Shown here one piece after another: positions 10,295 through 22,230 of a stretch of 64,000 nt of DNA; the stretch's first letter is position 1; every line of letters begins with the position of its first letter. This DNA comes from Haplodiscus bocki (taxonomy: Eukaryota), in NCBI GenBank assembly GCA_965655095.1, contig OZ296652.1:100316001-100380000 (forward strand), in the 5' to 3' direction. Made by a program: the position numbers and the translations under genes. Below the pieces are notes generated by a model. It ran no database searches and was not told the origin of the DNA. It worked only from the letters and a program-made list of their open reading frames with translations.

Positions 10295-12572
10295 GATTGT
10301 ATGTTGTCAAGATGTTTACAAAAGGTTGTTTTTGTACTGTTTAACTTACTGTGGAAAGGCGATTAGGGGGTTCAAGACCTAGCACGATCCATTGGCAATT
10401 GTTCTAACGGACTGAGAATTCCATGAAGGAATTAAGTAGGCAAACTTTGGTGGTCTAATGCGTCAAGTTGTGTACCGGCAAAAAATCAAGTGGGGCAGCC
10501 AGTTAGGGAAAATTTGTGCAACCCACTAAAAACCCGGAAACTCGACGAACAGAAAAAACCAAGAAAAAGGCAAAGCGAATGCGGGAGGCACGTTGGCCCA
10601 AGTGAAGTCTCAGCGTTCGAAAACGTCGAACCCGAATGTGTTAAACTTTGTGTATCATAGTTGGTCCTGATACTTTTCCATATTGCTACCTTCAAAATTG
10701 ACTGAAAATGACACCAATAAACACTCAATTGTCATTATTGCCGAGAAATCTAAGATGAATAGATATGAAGAGAAATTCAACTTTAGATAGTTAAAACAGT
10801 TTTTATTTAGGAGAGCACTGTTTTTCATCTTCTGTGAACTTCAGTCGTGCTGATTGTACCAAGCCTTTGATTGTATGGCAAAGACAACCAGGTGAATCAG
10901 CCAGTCGACGAGCTAATGTTGGCTGGCTGTTTCAGCATTACATCAACTCGTTCCAAGCCGGAGTGTTGGGGAAAAGCGGGTCATGCCAATACAAAAAGTG
11001 GCCATGGTTTCATCTGCGGAATGTCAAAATCAGTGGGGGTAGCCGAAATCGCCGCTGATACCGACTAGTTGAACTCTCCCAATACGTCGCAAATGTAGTA
11101 TTCGTGTGAAAAAACCCAATTTAAAAGGTGCATTCATTGTCAAAAACTGAAACGTCAGGAAGTTATTAGTATACGCTCGAGAGAATGCGACAATGACGAG
11201 GTCTGTCAATCTTTCTCATATGCACAAGAAAGTCTAACTACCAATTAAAATTATTGTCTTCTAACAAGCAAAACTGATGCCAAAGAGAAATTTTGTCCTA
11301 AACAATGAACAAAAACGTACGTTTTCTCAACTGGATTTTGAAAACTCAGATATTATGTGACATAAGTGAAACCGTCTTTTCTTGAAAAGGAGTTGCAAGT
11401 TACGAATAAATTACAACTAAAGTATCAAATTTCAGTGACAGAGAGTCCTGACTAGAAGATGTATTAAAATCGTGACATCATAATCTGGAGTGGCCGAAAT
11501 TCACAAATGGCTGCGAATTTGTCTGGCCATCTAGTCAATGAGGTCTTCAGTCAAGTTGAAGTCATGAGCATGGGGAGCAGCGGCCCCCATGAGTGTGCTC
11601 CATTCCGTTGATTCCGGTTAGATTGTAAAATCTTTGTATATGAGGGCTCCTTGGCTCCAATAACGGATTGTGAAGTCCACTCGGGAGAATATAAAAGCAG
11701 GGGTCACTCTCCAGACAACAGGAACACCATGAATGTCACATGTGTATACAGTGATGGGAATTTTCCAAAATAAACGACTCATGGTGTTAGCACACGCTGA
11801 ATATCTGATTTAAGACTGAGGATAGAAGTGGCAAATTTGTGTTTTTGTAGAGGCTGATAAGATAAATGATGATTGATCCAAAATCATTAGGCAATATCAG
11901 GTGTCATGTTACAACACCATGAAAAATATTGTGCGCCTTGGTGGCTGCTCGACTGTGATAAGCCAGTCAGCAAAATCTTCCAGCTCCTCCGTATCAGCAA
12001 ACTAACGGGAGGAGTCAATCAATGCACTCCATTCAAATGTATGCGGTAAAACATCAAAATCACCGAACACCAGCAATTGGTGCTTCCACCGCTGTGTATA
12101 AAGTCGAAGACATGTTGGAGTAAGTCCGCGATGTTCAATTCTTCTAATCGTGATATTTTGGAATAGCTCACGTTACAGGACGGTGTTGATAGCCCCAAAA
12201 GATGATTCTCGTCGTCTCTGTCATTTATTTGCTTTCAAATGATGTATGAACTTTCGAAAAAACGATGTTGAAGTGTTAACTGACAAGAAATCCCTGACAC
12301 TTGGTACTTCAGCTTAAAGTAATCACTCTAAGCAGATCGGTAAACCTGAACGTCGCCAAAAGTCTGATAAAACTAATTAGCAAATAGGTCATCGTTTGTG
12401 ACGGTTCTCAGTGCAGTGTGTCACGGTCGTTGCGGTCATTCTTGGGAGGGCAATCGAGCATACCTTTCAGAGCTAAATTCCGAGATTTACTCATCTCTCA
12501 AACATGACTTTGTGTTTCCTCACCTGAGTAATATCCTTCTGCGATCAACATAGTTTCCGAACTAGAGTAATT

Positions 12573-13040
12573 TCAGTCTCTCAAAAGAAAAATTTCAACG
12601 GAAAAGTTCGTGCTTTCGAAAATTGTTACCAGTCTCATTATCACTGTTTTCCACTGCAAGTCCATATCCAATTTGAGGTGTGCGAACTTCATTAATGTCA
12701 TTTTGTAACATCTGACTTTTTATGCGACAAAGGCATTCTTGTGAGTCAGATTAGGTCGGTTTGTCAAAAAAGTGTAGTTTTGTCACTGAATTATATATCG
12801 AGTTGTTACCTGATGCAATAAATTGTGCAATCAGTGATCCTGGTGTTGAGTTAAGGTGAGTTTTCCGCAATTCAGACAATTCTGGGAAGATAAGAACGAA
12901 TTGCGTCGCAATCCCAGCTGACATTGCCAGGCCAGAAGATACGCAGTAACCGAAGCTTGCTCGTATATCGCTCAAAATGTCACGTTCAGATATTGTAATG
13001 TTAGGCCATAACGCTATGCTTTCATTTTGAATCGTGTCAT
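12573..13040 (-). pseudogene. TARG1/OARD1-like macrodomain (ADP-ribose glycohydrolase), disrupted
   Basis: Reads ITISERDILSDIRASFGYCVSSGLAMSAGIATQF...IYNSVTKLHFFDKPT*SDSQECLCRIKSQMLQNDINEVRTPQIGYGL / QWKTVIMRLVTIFESTNFSVEIF. This parallels the full TARG1 pattern (LAHCIS...MGAGIA..F, YYLITK...KPTY, MPRIGCGLD.LQW...IF....I.VY). One stop and one frameshift. Confidence 0.8.
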
Positions 13041-13479
13041 CAGTTTTTCATTAGGAAAAATCAGTAAAATAATTGCAAAAGTAGGAGTCAAAACGCGCAA
13101 TCGTATCTAAAATATTTATTCTCTGTATGGAAAAAATTGATGTCCGCCTTGTAATCTGAATGCAAGAATATCAGCAGCCAAAAAGAAGATTTTCAGAGAA
13201 AACTTGTCATCGGGTCCAACACACAGTCCATTAAATCCTCGAATGTTCAATTATACGGTATAAAAATATATGCACTAAATTTGTTTTGAAACAATGAAGC
13301 AATCAACTGAAAAAACCAAACTGGCCTCGACAAATGATGTCAATTAAAAGAAAAGAATCTCGTCCGTTCTCGAGGGTTTGCAATGTAGGACATGAGAAAA
13401 TCGTATCGTGTTACTCTAGGCGTAGCTGGGTTATAGATTTATGACGCTCAGATATGTTTTGAACATATTCAATATTCCT

Positions 13480-15720
13480 GTGACGCGCACCAGCCAGAGG
13501 AAACGCTGACTGTTGGTGTTAACCGCATAATCGGTCAATTGAGCAACCAAACTTTAATTGACAAGGTGCGTACCTTCATCGAGTACTCTCATGGATAAAA
13601 TTCAGCTTGACTCTGAAGCTTCAGCCATACTCATTAGGTGTAAAGGCTCCGAGGAAACTTTAGGACAAAATAGCCCACAACTGATAAACGTGTTCGGATG
13701 AGTGCTGTTGCTAATGGTATCGCCAAACGACAATCAGATGGAAGAATATCGACCCAATAAAAGAAAACAGGTTCATTAAAGAGTTTCAGAGAGATAGATG
13801 TGATGCAAATACGCGAAAAAGATATGGACGCAGCTGGGTCATTCTCGATGCAATGGGGCGTTCAATGTGAAGTAGTTCTTTTCGAATCCCGCATCTTGGG
13901 GCTAACTAGTAAATTCTCGTGGACTTCTTTCAACATTGCAACGCTGGTTGTCGATTAATAGGGCACAATGTAATTCGAGAAGTTCGATCCACAATTCTTG
14001 AACCAGTTACATGAAATTGACATTCACTTTAATGGGTGATGGTGCGTCACATGCAGTAAGGTCAGACCGAATTTTAGTCTGGTCGCCGCACAAAAACTTT
14101 CCACATGTAAGAGATGATGCGCATGCTGCATACAGGGTATTTAATAATCCCAGACGAGCAAAACTAATAATCCCTCTATTCAGAATAGAATTTGCTCAAA
14201 GCATATGCTCTAGTCGCGGACGTAAGTAGCCAAACTCCGTAACCCGCGTTCTCTACATTTTCTGTCGTCGGCAGGACTACTTGCTGTGTTTGACATATTC
14301 GTGAAGATGGCACATTGTTTTTGAAGTAGAGCGGTGATAAACAAAAAAAGTCAAGACATGTATCGGTAATAATCATGCCTAACAGGCACATTTGATAACG
14401 TGACGATACAAAGCAATTTGAGAGACGATATACCGTTGGTAAGGCTGTTCCTTTGTTATTCTGTGAAATGTGAAAGTCCCAAACAGGGACCTTCCAATTT
14501 CCATTTTAAGGTTTGATCGCGCGATGGTTGTGGCAGAGGAGCTGCTAGAGCGCGGAAAACCGTTAACGCTGTCTTTCGTTGATAGAAGTATGGCAATGCG
14601 CATAATGCGTCCCTCCTCAAGCGCTAACATCTCGAAGCAGTTACATTCATGTGAGGTAATCTTTTTATCTATAGATATGGCTAATTGAAGTCTGAGCGAC
14701 TCACGCCACTATTCCGGGGCTACCTCTTTAAAAGTCTTTAAACAATTAAAAGAGAATCGCGCCAAAGATAAAGGTCCCAAATAGGTTGAGTTGAAATCAT
14801 CACGTTTATTCTTATAGGTGAAAAGAAAACTCCGTTGACTATTGGATGTTTGCAAATGTGATAGCTAATAATGATATTGTATCGTAAAGGAAATGGATAT
14901 TGCCGGCAGTATTATAACAGGTCGCAGTCTCGCAAAATATGAATGTCGCGTTGGAAACTTGTGAATTGCATTCCAGTAATTTTCCTGTTCCGATCGCATA
15001 TGACCAGTGTTTCCTTTTGGACGGAATTACGCGCTGCTAATTCAGCCGTAACCACGAAAAACTTCTTGACATAGGTTAATAACTTTAACATCTCTTGTGT
15101 TGGGTTTACCATAAAATCTGATGACTCCTCAATCTTTGCTGCGTTCGTTTAGAATGATATTGACACGCTCCGAAAAAGATTCTTGATCAACATTCGCGGC
15201 TACCTAACGCTATTCGGAACCAAAAATTTGACACAATTGCCATCATTGCGATTGGCTCTGCCCTCGGCTGTGTCCTGAAAGGGCGATGGTTTGTTCTGTG
15301 TCCAAGAAGGAGAAAGTATAAATGCGAAGACCTTCGAGGTCTTGCTCTCGAAGAGAAACTTCGTGCTCGATTTACTGGAGTAACCAATCAATGTCGAAAG
15401 TTGAATTCTGAAAATTACTCCAAGAAAAAAATGGCGTTGCGAACTAGGTGAGCTCCACAACTTTCTGAGTTACTGGATTTAGATGTCTTCCTCGGCACTC
15501 ATGTTTATTCCACACTTTGCAAAAGGGAAAGGGAAACCCACGTTCATAATTTTACAGAAAGCAGAATTTTGGTACTGTAGTTGAAATTAATCTCATTTGT
15601 AAGGACAGCACCGGAGCTCGATCGAAAGAGTCAGATTTCCTCTCTGATAAACTTGTCATACAGATCAGACGACTTGAAAAAACTGAAAACGTTCAGTGTG
15701 TTTAAAACAGAAAATGATTA
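13480..15720 (-). pseudogene. Env / class I viral fusion glycoprotein, copy 2 (diverged paralogue), heavily disrupted
   Basis: Motifs match copy 1 in order: GAVLTNEINF, GFPFPF, KLWSSP, a basic site RTQPR followed by hydrophobic AEPIAMMAIVS..IALG, FFGACQ, KKFFVVTAELAA, CLSPLYFKNNVPSSRICQTQQVVLPTTENVENAGYGVWLLTSAT, TKIRSDLTAC, and TM MNLFSFIGSIFFHLIVVW. Confidence 0.7.
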
Positions 15721-15989
15721 AAACAGCTGTTGCAAATGGTGACTTAACACAACCCGAACGCGGATGTGATATCGGATAAGTCCAAGAAAACCATTTGAGG
15801 TAATATCGCGTAATGGCAAGGGGAGCTTGCAGGGACTACCATTCGTTAGCCGCAAAGACTAAGTTGAAAGTCTTTCTCTAGGCAGAAAAGATTTCAATGA
15901 GACTTTGAAGCGCTTCCCAGCCTTTCATTTCTGATAAGAGTCTGTCTTTACGTCTATAAAGAGTTGAAGTTTCTCGGTGTCACAAGCTT

Positions 15990-16740
15990 TTTAGAGATTC
16001 TTTGCATTCCCAAGGACTGGGAACGGTCACAATCTTGTCCGGAGTATCATGGGTTAGAAGCAAAATTTTTACCACGGAAACTTCGACTTCCTATCAAGTG
16101 TGCCCGAGAAGGAATATTCTAAGTTTTCAAGATTTGTTTGAACTCCTGCGTTCTCAGAGCATGGGAAAAGCCACGCCTTGCCCGGATTTTTCCGTGAGAA
16201 TTGAAAACTTTTCCCCCTTGTGACGCAGACAGCTACCCTCACCACCAGGTTTCCTCCATAACCCGTGTACCTAAGTTGGAATATTCTCAATTGTTACGAG
16301 ATTTCCCTGAGTTGCTGCGTTCCCATAGCCTGGGGAAAATCGACTTCTTCGCCCGAACCTGGGAAATACTACAGATTAGAATTTAAAACTTCAATCCACT
16401 TCAACGTCCAGACCAATCTTTCTACTCGGTAATTCCTCTTTAACCTGCTGTACCCAAAATGGAATAATTGCGACGTTAATGTAAATCTCCATATTCCCAC
16501 AGCCTGGGAAAAACTATGCTTTAACAGGCACTAATCAGGATTAGAGTATTTTTCCACTTCAACGTCGACAGCCACTCTTCTGCGTCCTTGCTGCTTAATC
16601 CATGTACACAACAAGTTGAAACAAAATCAATGCTTTCAGGCTTTCCGTTTCCCTGCCTTCTCATAGCCTGAAAAAAGCCTAGGCTCTTGCCCGGATTCCA
16701 CCCTGGGTTAGACTTGTAGTTTCTACCAACTTCAACTTGT
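15990..16740. repeat. Diverged tandem repeat, ~165-bp period, ~5 copies, palindromic core TTCCCA-N5-TGGGAA
   Basis: Cores at ~16007 (ttcccaaggactgggaa), ~16151 (ttctcagagcatgggaa), ~16320 (ttcccatagcctgggga), ~16494 (ttcccacagcctgggaa) and ~16658 (ttctcatagcctgaaaa). Confidence 0.55.
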
Positions 16741-17892
16741 TCGGTCAATCCCAATTGTGTTCCTTGAAATAGTTTCTTTCATGTGGATTAAGAGACTTCT
16801 TTAGACTTGCACAATCTAACCGCTTTGCTGTGTTTTGATCAAACAATCAAAAAACGGTAAAAAAAAACATCACATGAAAAATTGTTATGCACACCACGGT
16901 GGAAGTCGCAAAGTCGTACGAAATTGGCACGTCAGCCAAAAAACCGACTCATCCCATAAGCACTTCGTAAAATTACAATTTTCCGAAGTCATAATAATTA
17001 CAAAATGCCCTAATCAATTTCATTGGCTGAGAGCAAATGTAATTAACCAAGAATGTTTCTTTTGATTGCAGACATGATTCAAATGATCAAAGGTTTTCAA
17101 TTAAACTTCAGTGCCGATATATGAAGTAGTACGCTAAGTTTCCTGCTTTTATTCTTCATATTTCCTATTGCAGGCGCAAGTTTAAGCATTAGAGGAAAAT
17201 CACTTTCCCTGGATGCTCTACTAAGTCTTGTGTCTTCAGCCAGCAGATGCGAAGGTGCGCCTGTTTGGAGACTCAAGAAGTTAAGTCTTGCTTAAATTTG
17301 CTTCTACGCCACACACGTTAGCCCGTTGGCGCGCGCCGGTCTCTCAACTAAAGACCCACTTACCGGTAGGCTCTAGATGGTCTTTCAAGTACACTTGTTA
17401 AATGAATGATCTAGCCAAATTGTACAAAAATTTCATACCACCAAAATTCACCGAATTAAGCAATGAATGCGTAATAAATAGTAATATTAAATGCTTATCA
17501 AATGCTGGTCCTTGAGGTTTTTCGAAAGACATCAAAAATTTAACCATCCCTAATTTATTAGGACAATTTTATGGCTTTTTTTCCAACGATTTTGTATTTC
17601 CACTAGCACTGAAGATTCCAATTGTTTCAGAAACACTTTCGTTCAAACGCTTTTTCGCGCAAGTATGCCCGAGTTCAGCCGGAGTCTTGTTTGATCATTC
17701 AATCATCTACAATCTAGGCATTTGTGACGCCCTTCAAGACACTATTTCACATAAATTTGTGTAAAAATTGACAAAATTGATTTCATGTATGATATATCAT
17801 CCTGCTTAATTGTTAGATCTAGTAAGATTCGATGAGTATGAATAAAGATAGCGGTATACATAAAATGAAAGACATCTATAAATAAAGATTAC

Positions 17893-18111
17893 TTGAAATG
17901 GCAAAGTTCGTCAGCTTGGCTGCGATAGGAGAGTGCGTACACGTTGTTAGTGTTTTCTGTTCTCTCTGGGGGATTTAAGGCGGGTTCGTCCGAAGAACAG
18001 CTCTCTCTGATTAGAAAACTTCCTTTCACTTCCAGTATTTTCTCCACTGAGTTTCGCGCCAGTTTTCTGTGAAGCCATCTGCCAAAGATTTTAATTTTAA
18101 CGCTAATCAAT
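17893..18111 (-). CDS. Exon encoding the N-terminal two-thirds of an SH2 domain
   Basis: GRWLHRKLARNSVEKILEVKGSFLIRES...VYALSYRSQADELCHFK carries the SH2 W-x-H, FLIRES and HFK motifs. It ends at donor AA|GTAATC, with a candidate acceptor ttccag at ~18112. Other exons were not identified. Confidence 0.7.
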
Positions 18112-21100
18112 CTGGAATTTCTTCAAAGCAACGAGCCGTTTTTTCATCTTTGGAAACGACACCATCTTTGGACTTAGTGTCATTATCACCCATAGCTCAA
18201 AATTGCATATTTATTAAATTAGGATTGATTAAAATAGATGGGCCATATAGAGCTGCCAGTTTTCCTGTTTTTGAAACCAAGCCCATTTCTCCTTCCTCGA
18301 ATATAGAAACTTCCTGAATAGTTCATGGTTTTAACAAACCAGTCTTATTGGTTAATCAAAGCAGATTCTCCCCTATTTACCACTATCATTTAATAAAAGT
18401 CTCATGTTACCACAACATTTAAATAAAAATAATGACAAAATGCGAAATCTACCAAAAATGAATCAATTATGTCGTTGATAAAGGCATTTTTACTAAAGGA
18501 AACCTGATACAATGAAAAATTTTGCTGCAAACGAAAGTTAAACTACAAATTATTGAACAGCGATTCCAAATATAATGAAAGCCAACAATACACAGTTGCT
18601 AGTGAAACAATCCGCGCAGCGCGGATCCCTGAAGGACTCGGAAAGATATCTGAAAAACGGGGCGACAACGGCTCCCGGACTAAGATGAAACCTCACCATC
18701 GAACACACCATACATGGATTTTGACAGGTCTGCTTGCTTGGAAATTAGATTTGAAGTTATGTTTCTTAATTATTTGGCATTCACGAAAAACATTATCGTG
18801 ACATTAACATTTTGTTGATATTCATAAGCTCTAGCCTGCGTAGTACAGTGTCCACTACCGAATGATGCGTCAATTAAAATTGCTTCAATTAAAACCTTTT
18901 GATCAATTTCAAGTCTAGAGATTAGGAAAAAGATCCCATTCTAAGGCTGCTGCTAAAAAGTTCCAATTGAAGTAAAGGAATAAAAGAATCATTACTAATG
19001 ACATCGAATAAAAATAGCGTTATTGTAAAAGCCGAGAACAGCACCCTGAAAACCTAAAAGAAAAATTGGGTATACAATGGGGTATCTCAATGAATTTTTG
19101 TGGCTGGAAATTTTGGGTTGTTGTCGGTTTTAAAAATGAGTATATTGGGGGGTGGGTACCATGAAAAGGTTCTGGAGTTCTAGTGTTGAAAATTTTGGTT
19201 ACAAATAGTTTTAACTTTCTTTTGGCATAGAAAAATTTATTTTTCTTGCTCTAGAAGCGTTATACGCCTATTTCACTTGATTAATAGTTGGAGTTACTTA
19301 TTTAAACGTTGCCGAAAACTTTGAACCGATCGTTTGCGAGAATTGCAAATGTTCAGAATTACTTTTCTTTTGGCAGAAAATTTTCCGAGAGCTGATAGTT
19401 CTCAGCAGCTTTGTCGGTGGTTATCTCGAACGCATCTTCTTCGTTGCAGGTCCCCATTCACTTCAAATAAAGCAATGATCATTCAGTCATTCCTCGTCTA
19501 AAAAAAGCGTTTCATTTTGATAACTAGAACCCGCACAGAATAAACTCATGCTCAAACTCTATCCTTTTTCGCTTATTTCCGCTAACGTTAAATTTCTTCA
19601 AACAATTTTAGTCATGTATAAATAGGTTTTTTACGAAGTCTCCGTACCGAACATATTTCTAACCACTCTCTTTGCAGATAACATTAGTTTAAACAACACA
19701 TCAAAATTTTTTGTGCTACCGCATAGACTAAAAATCCAAAAATATCTCCAAAATATTCAACAACTCGAATCTAATTCAAGACCATTAGATAGTCCCAAAA
19801 GCGCGCAGAACAGCAGCGTGATAATATAACGGGGGCTTCATTTGGTAATAAACATAATAAATATTACCAGTAATAAACGCACATATATTTGCGCAACACT
19901 CAACAAAATGGAACCGACCTAAGTCGGCGCCGCTCGTTAGGCTTAAAATATCCATGGGGAATCCTTTTTTGGCTATCATAAAGTTTGACGATCCATGGGG
20001 ATATCAGGAAAATCGGGCTGGTAGAACCATAGAAAATACAGTGAACATCAAAAAATAGACGCAGAAAAAAATGGACAAACCCGGTCTCGAAGCCATATAT
20101 ATGGCTTAAAGACATTTTTACTAGACTCACAGCGCCTTCTAGATTACCAATCACTTCGGGTTGAAAGTAGAACTTTTATACACTTACGTCGATTTGGATG
20201 GTCTCAAAAAACATAGCCGCCCAAGCTGTGTAGAACTTCGGAAAATATTTTTTTATTTGCGCGCCCACACCGCTTCTATGTTGCTCCGTATAGTCCCTCC
20301 TGTACTTCCATGAGCCTTTGCTGCTTTTTGAAATTTTTCATTAACAAAAATTCGAATTTCGTTCGAAATGCCTACTTTCGGACGATGTCGCAAAATTTTT
20401 ACGGAAAAGTGTCAAAAAAAACAAAAACCGACTAGCACTATAACTACTTAGTTAAATTTTCCGAAGTCTTAAAAAAACACAAGTCACAATAATAATTGGG
20501 GCGCTTTTCTTTTCCAGAAGGAAACCGTTTTGAGGCTTCCTGTTGAAGGCTCAAAACATCTATGGCTACCCCTTTTCCGAAAAGTTTTTTTTTACGAAAA
20601 ACGGTTAATTTGAGGGGGTATCTGGAAAAATTTCCCTACTTAGGTTTGGTGGCACTTTTTCAGAAAAAAAAATGGGTTTCTGCCTTTGCCGGAGCTTTTA
20701 TATGATATCTAGGCTTTTTGGATAAGTTACACCGTTCCAGGGGATACCAGCAACCAAGCTGTAAAATTTTCGTTAACAGAAGATACGTCATATACTGAAA
20801 ATCAAAAGTTATAGTCCATACTAAAATTTCTCAGGATTTTATGTAGTCTACAGAGGTGTTTGTTTTGAGACGTTTGGAAGCATGGTCCGAGACGCGATTT
20901 ACACTTTTAAAGATAACGCCGAATTGAGACAAGTACCTGCCACAGTGCCTCACACTAGAACATTTAATCTATCAATAATGTCTTTTTAGGTTACGGCAAT
21001 ATACAGTCCAACGTTTAGGAAATTCTAAAATTTAAAAAATACCAACAAATACCCGACAAAGATCTATTTGTAAATACTATTATGTCAAACATAATTTATG

Positions 21101-21199
21101 GGATGCTGTTGTTCAATTTTCTTACTCCCAATATTCAAAAAATAGTGCGTTTTGTAACACAAAAATGAAAGAGCACCAGTCAAATTTAGCTGTTTGCCT

Positions 21200-21560
21200 C
21201 ATTCTTCCACAGTGTCTTCGCAGACTTGTAGAGAAGAAACTTGGTAGCATCCACAGTTCTTATCCAAAAAGAATTTACGGAAAATTTTGTCGGTTTCCCA
21301 GGGCATTGAAAGACATGTTGGGTTGTCAGGGGCTCTTATGTAGTCCGGGCAAACCTCGGAGCAATCGATGTTCATCCACGCCCTGTAGCTGATAAAGAGA
21401 GGGTTAGAAACCGGAGCTGTTCCAATTATCGTCTGCTGCCTCTGGGCATCATCTTCTCACTGTCATGAATCTTGAGAGGGGCAGCAGATGCCAAGACATT
21501 TGAGCGCTCTCACTTGCCAATGGCGTCCCGGTTTTCTCTGGCGTCCATATCTCTTCTGGT
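21200..21560 (-). mobile_element. 3' fragment of a non-LTR retrotransposon ORF2 (I/Jockey-group type C-terminus)
   Basis: NVLA..P.KIHDSEKMMPRGSRR.LEQLR...SYRAWMN..CP...FQCPGKPT...FW matches the typical N.VL..PP...E..LPR..R..LAQLR...SY...CP.C...LF.CP..PT..LW tail. Confidence 0.6.
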
Positions 21561-21779
21561 CCTTTATTCTTAGAAATTTTACTAGAAAGCCCGACTATTA
21601 CAGTACTTAGTTTTTTTTGACGGATGAGCTTACTGTATACAATGCTTCTTTAATCCCAAACTTTTACGTCTTGACTACTGGCATCCCCTAGAGCTGTAGA
21701 ACATAACAAAAAGCCTCCCAGATAAAATACAACAGTGCCACCAAAAAAATACGCAAAGGAAAGAACCGAAAAAAGATCG

Positions 21780-22230
21780 ACCACCGAACGTAAAAATTGT
21801 GAAAACATTTTCGTCTTTCGGTCTGGACAAGGATAACAAATACCTAAGACCGAACGCAAGGATTGTCAATCGAACTCATTGAGAACGGCATAGTGAAAAT
21901 TCTTGACAAACGCGAAGAGGAAATGTTGCCGGCAGGAAAATTCCATGCTCAAGGCTGAAGACAGCGGAGATGATGAGCGGAGACGATGAGCCAAATTTTG
22001 CATCTCAAACTCTTAGCAAGAGAGCGGAAACAGACTTCCAAGACGCCAAATATCTAATTTTCAGTTTCTAAAGCCAACATCGAACGTATTTGAGCGATTC
22101 TTCAGTTCCACCGGAATAACTCCAAGATTTATGCCAAAAACTGACGCCTGAACATGTCGAGCATCATCATTTTCCGAAGGGGAACAGAGATTTGTGGGAT
22201 GTTGGAACTTTTCAAAGTTTTGAACAATTG
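21780..22230 (+). pseudogene. hAT transposase C-terminal/dimerisation-domain remnant
   Basis: Fragments ARIVN..ENGIVKIL, FLKPTSNVFERFFSSTG and LTPEHVE...F.KGNRDLWDV match the hAT PxTS..ERxFS ... E..FL..N motif series. Confidence 0.55.

Noticed and set aside
4458-15720. Alternative genetic code or stop-codon readthrough explaining interrupted ORFs
   Set aside because: Interruptions include all three stop codons plus frameshifts, and ARFRP1 and PSMG3 translate cleanly with the standard code.
15990-16740. CRISPR-like array
   Set aside because: Cores are short and degenerate, spacers are ~150 bp and related to each other, there are no cas genes, and the context is eukaryotic.
17122-17394. Solo LTR (TG...CA bounded, AATAAA on minus strand)
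   Set aside because: No target-site duplication, PPT, PBS or second copy was visible. Too weak to call.
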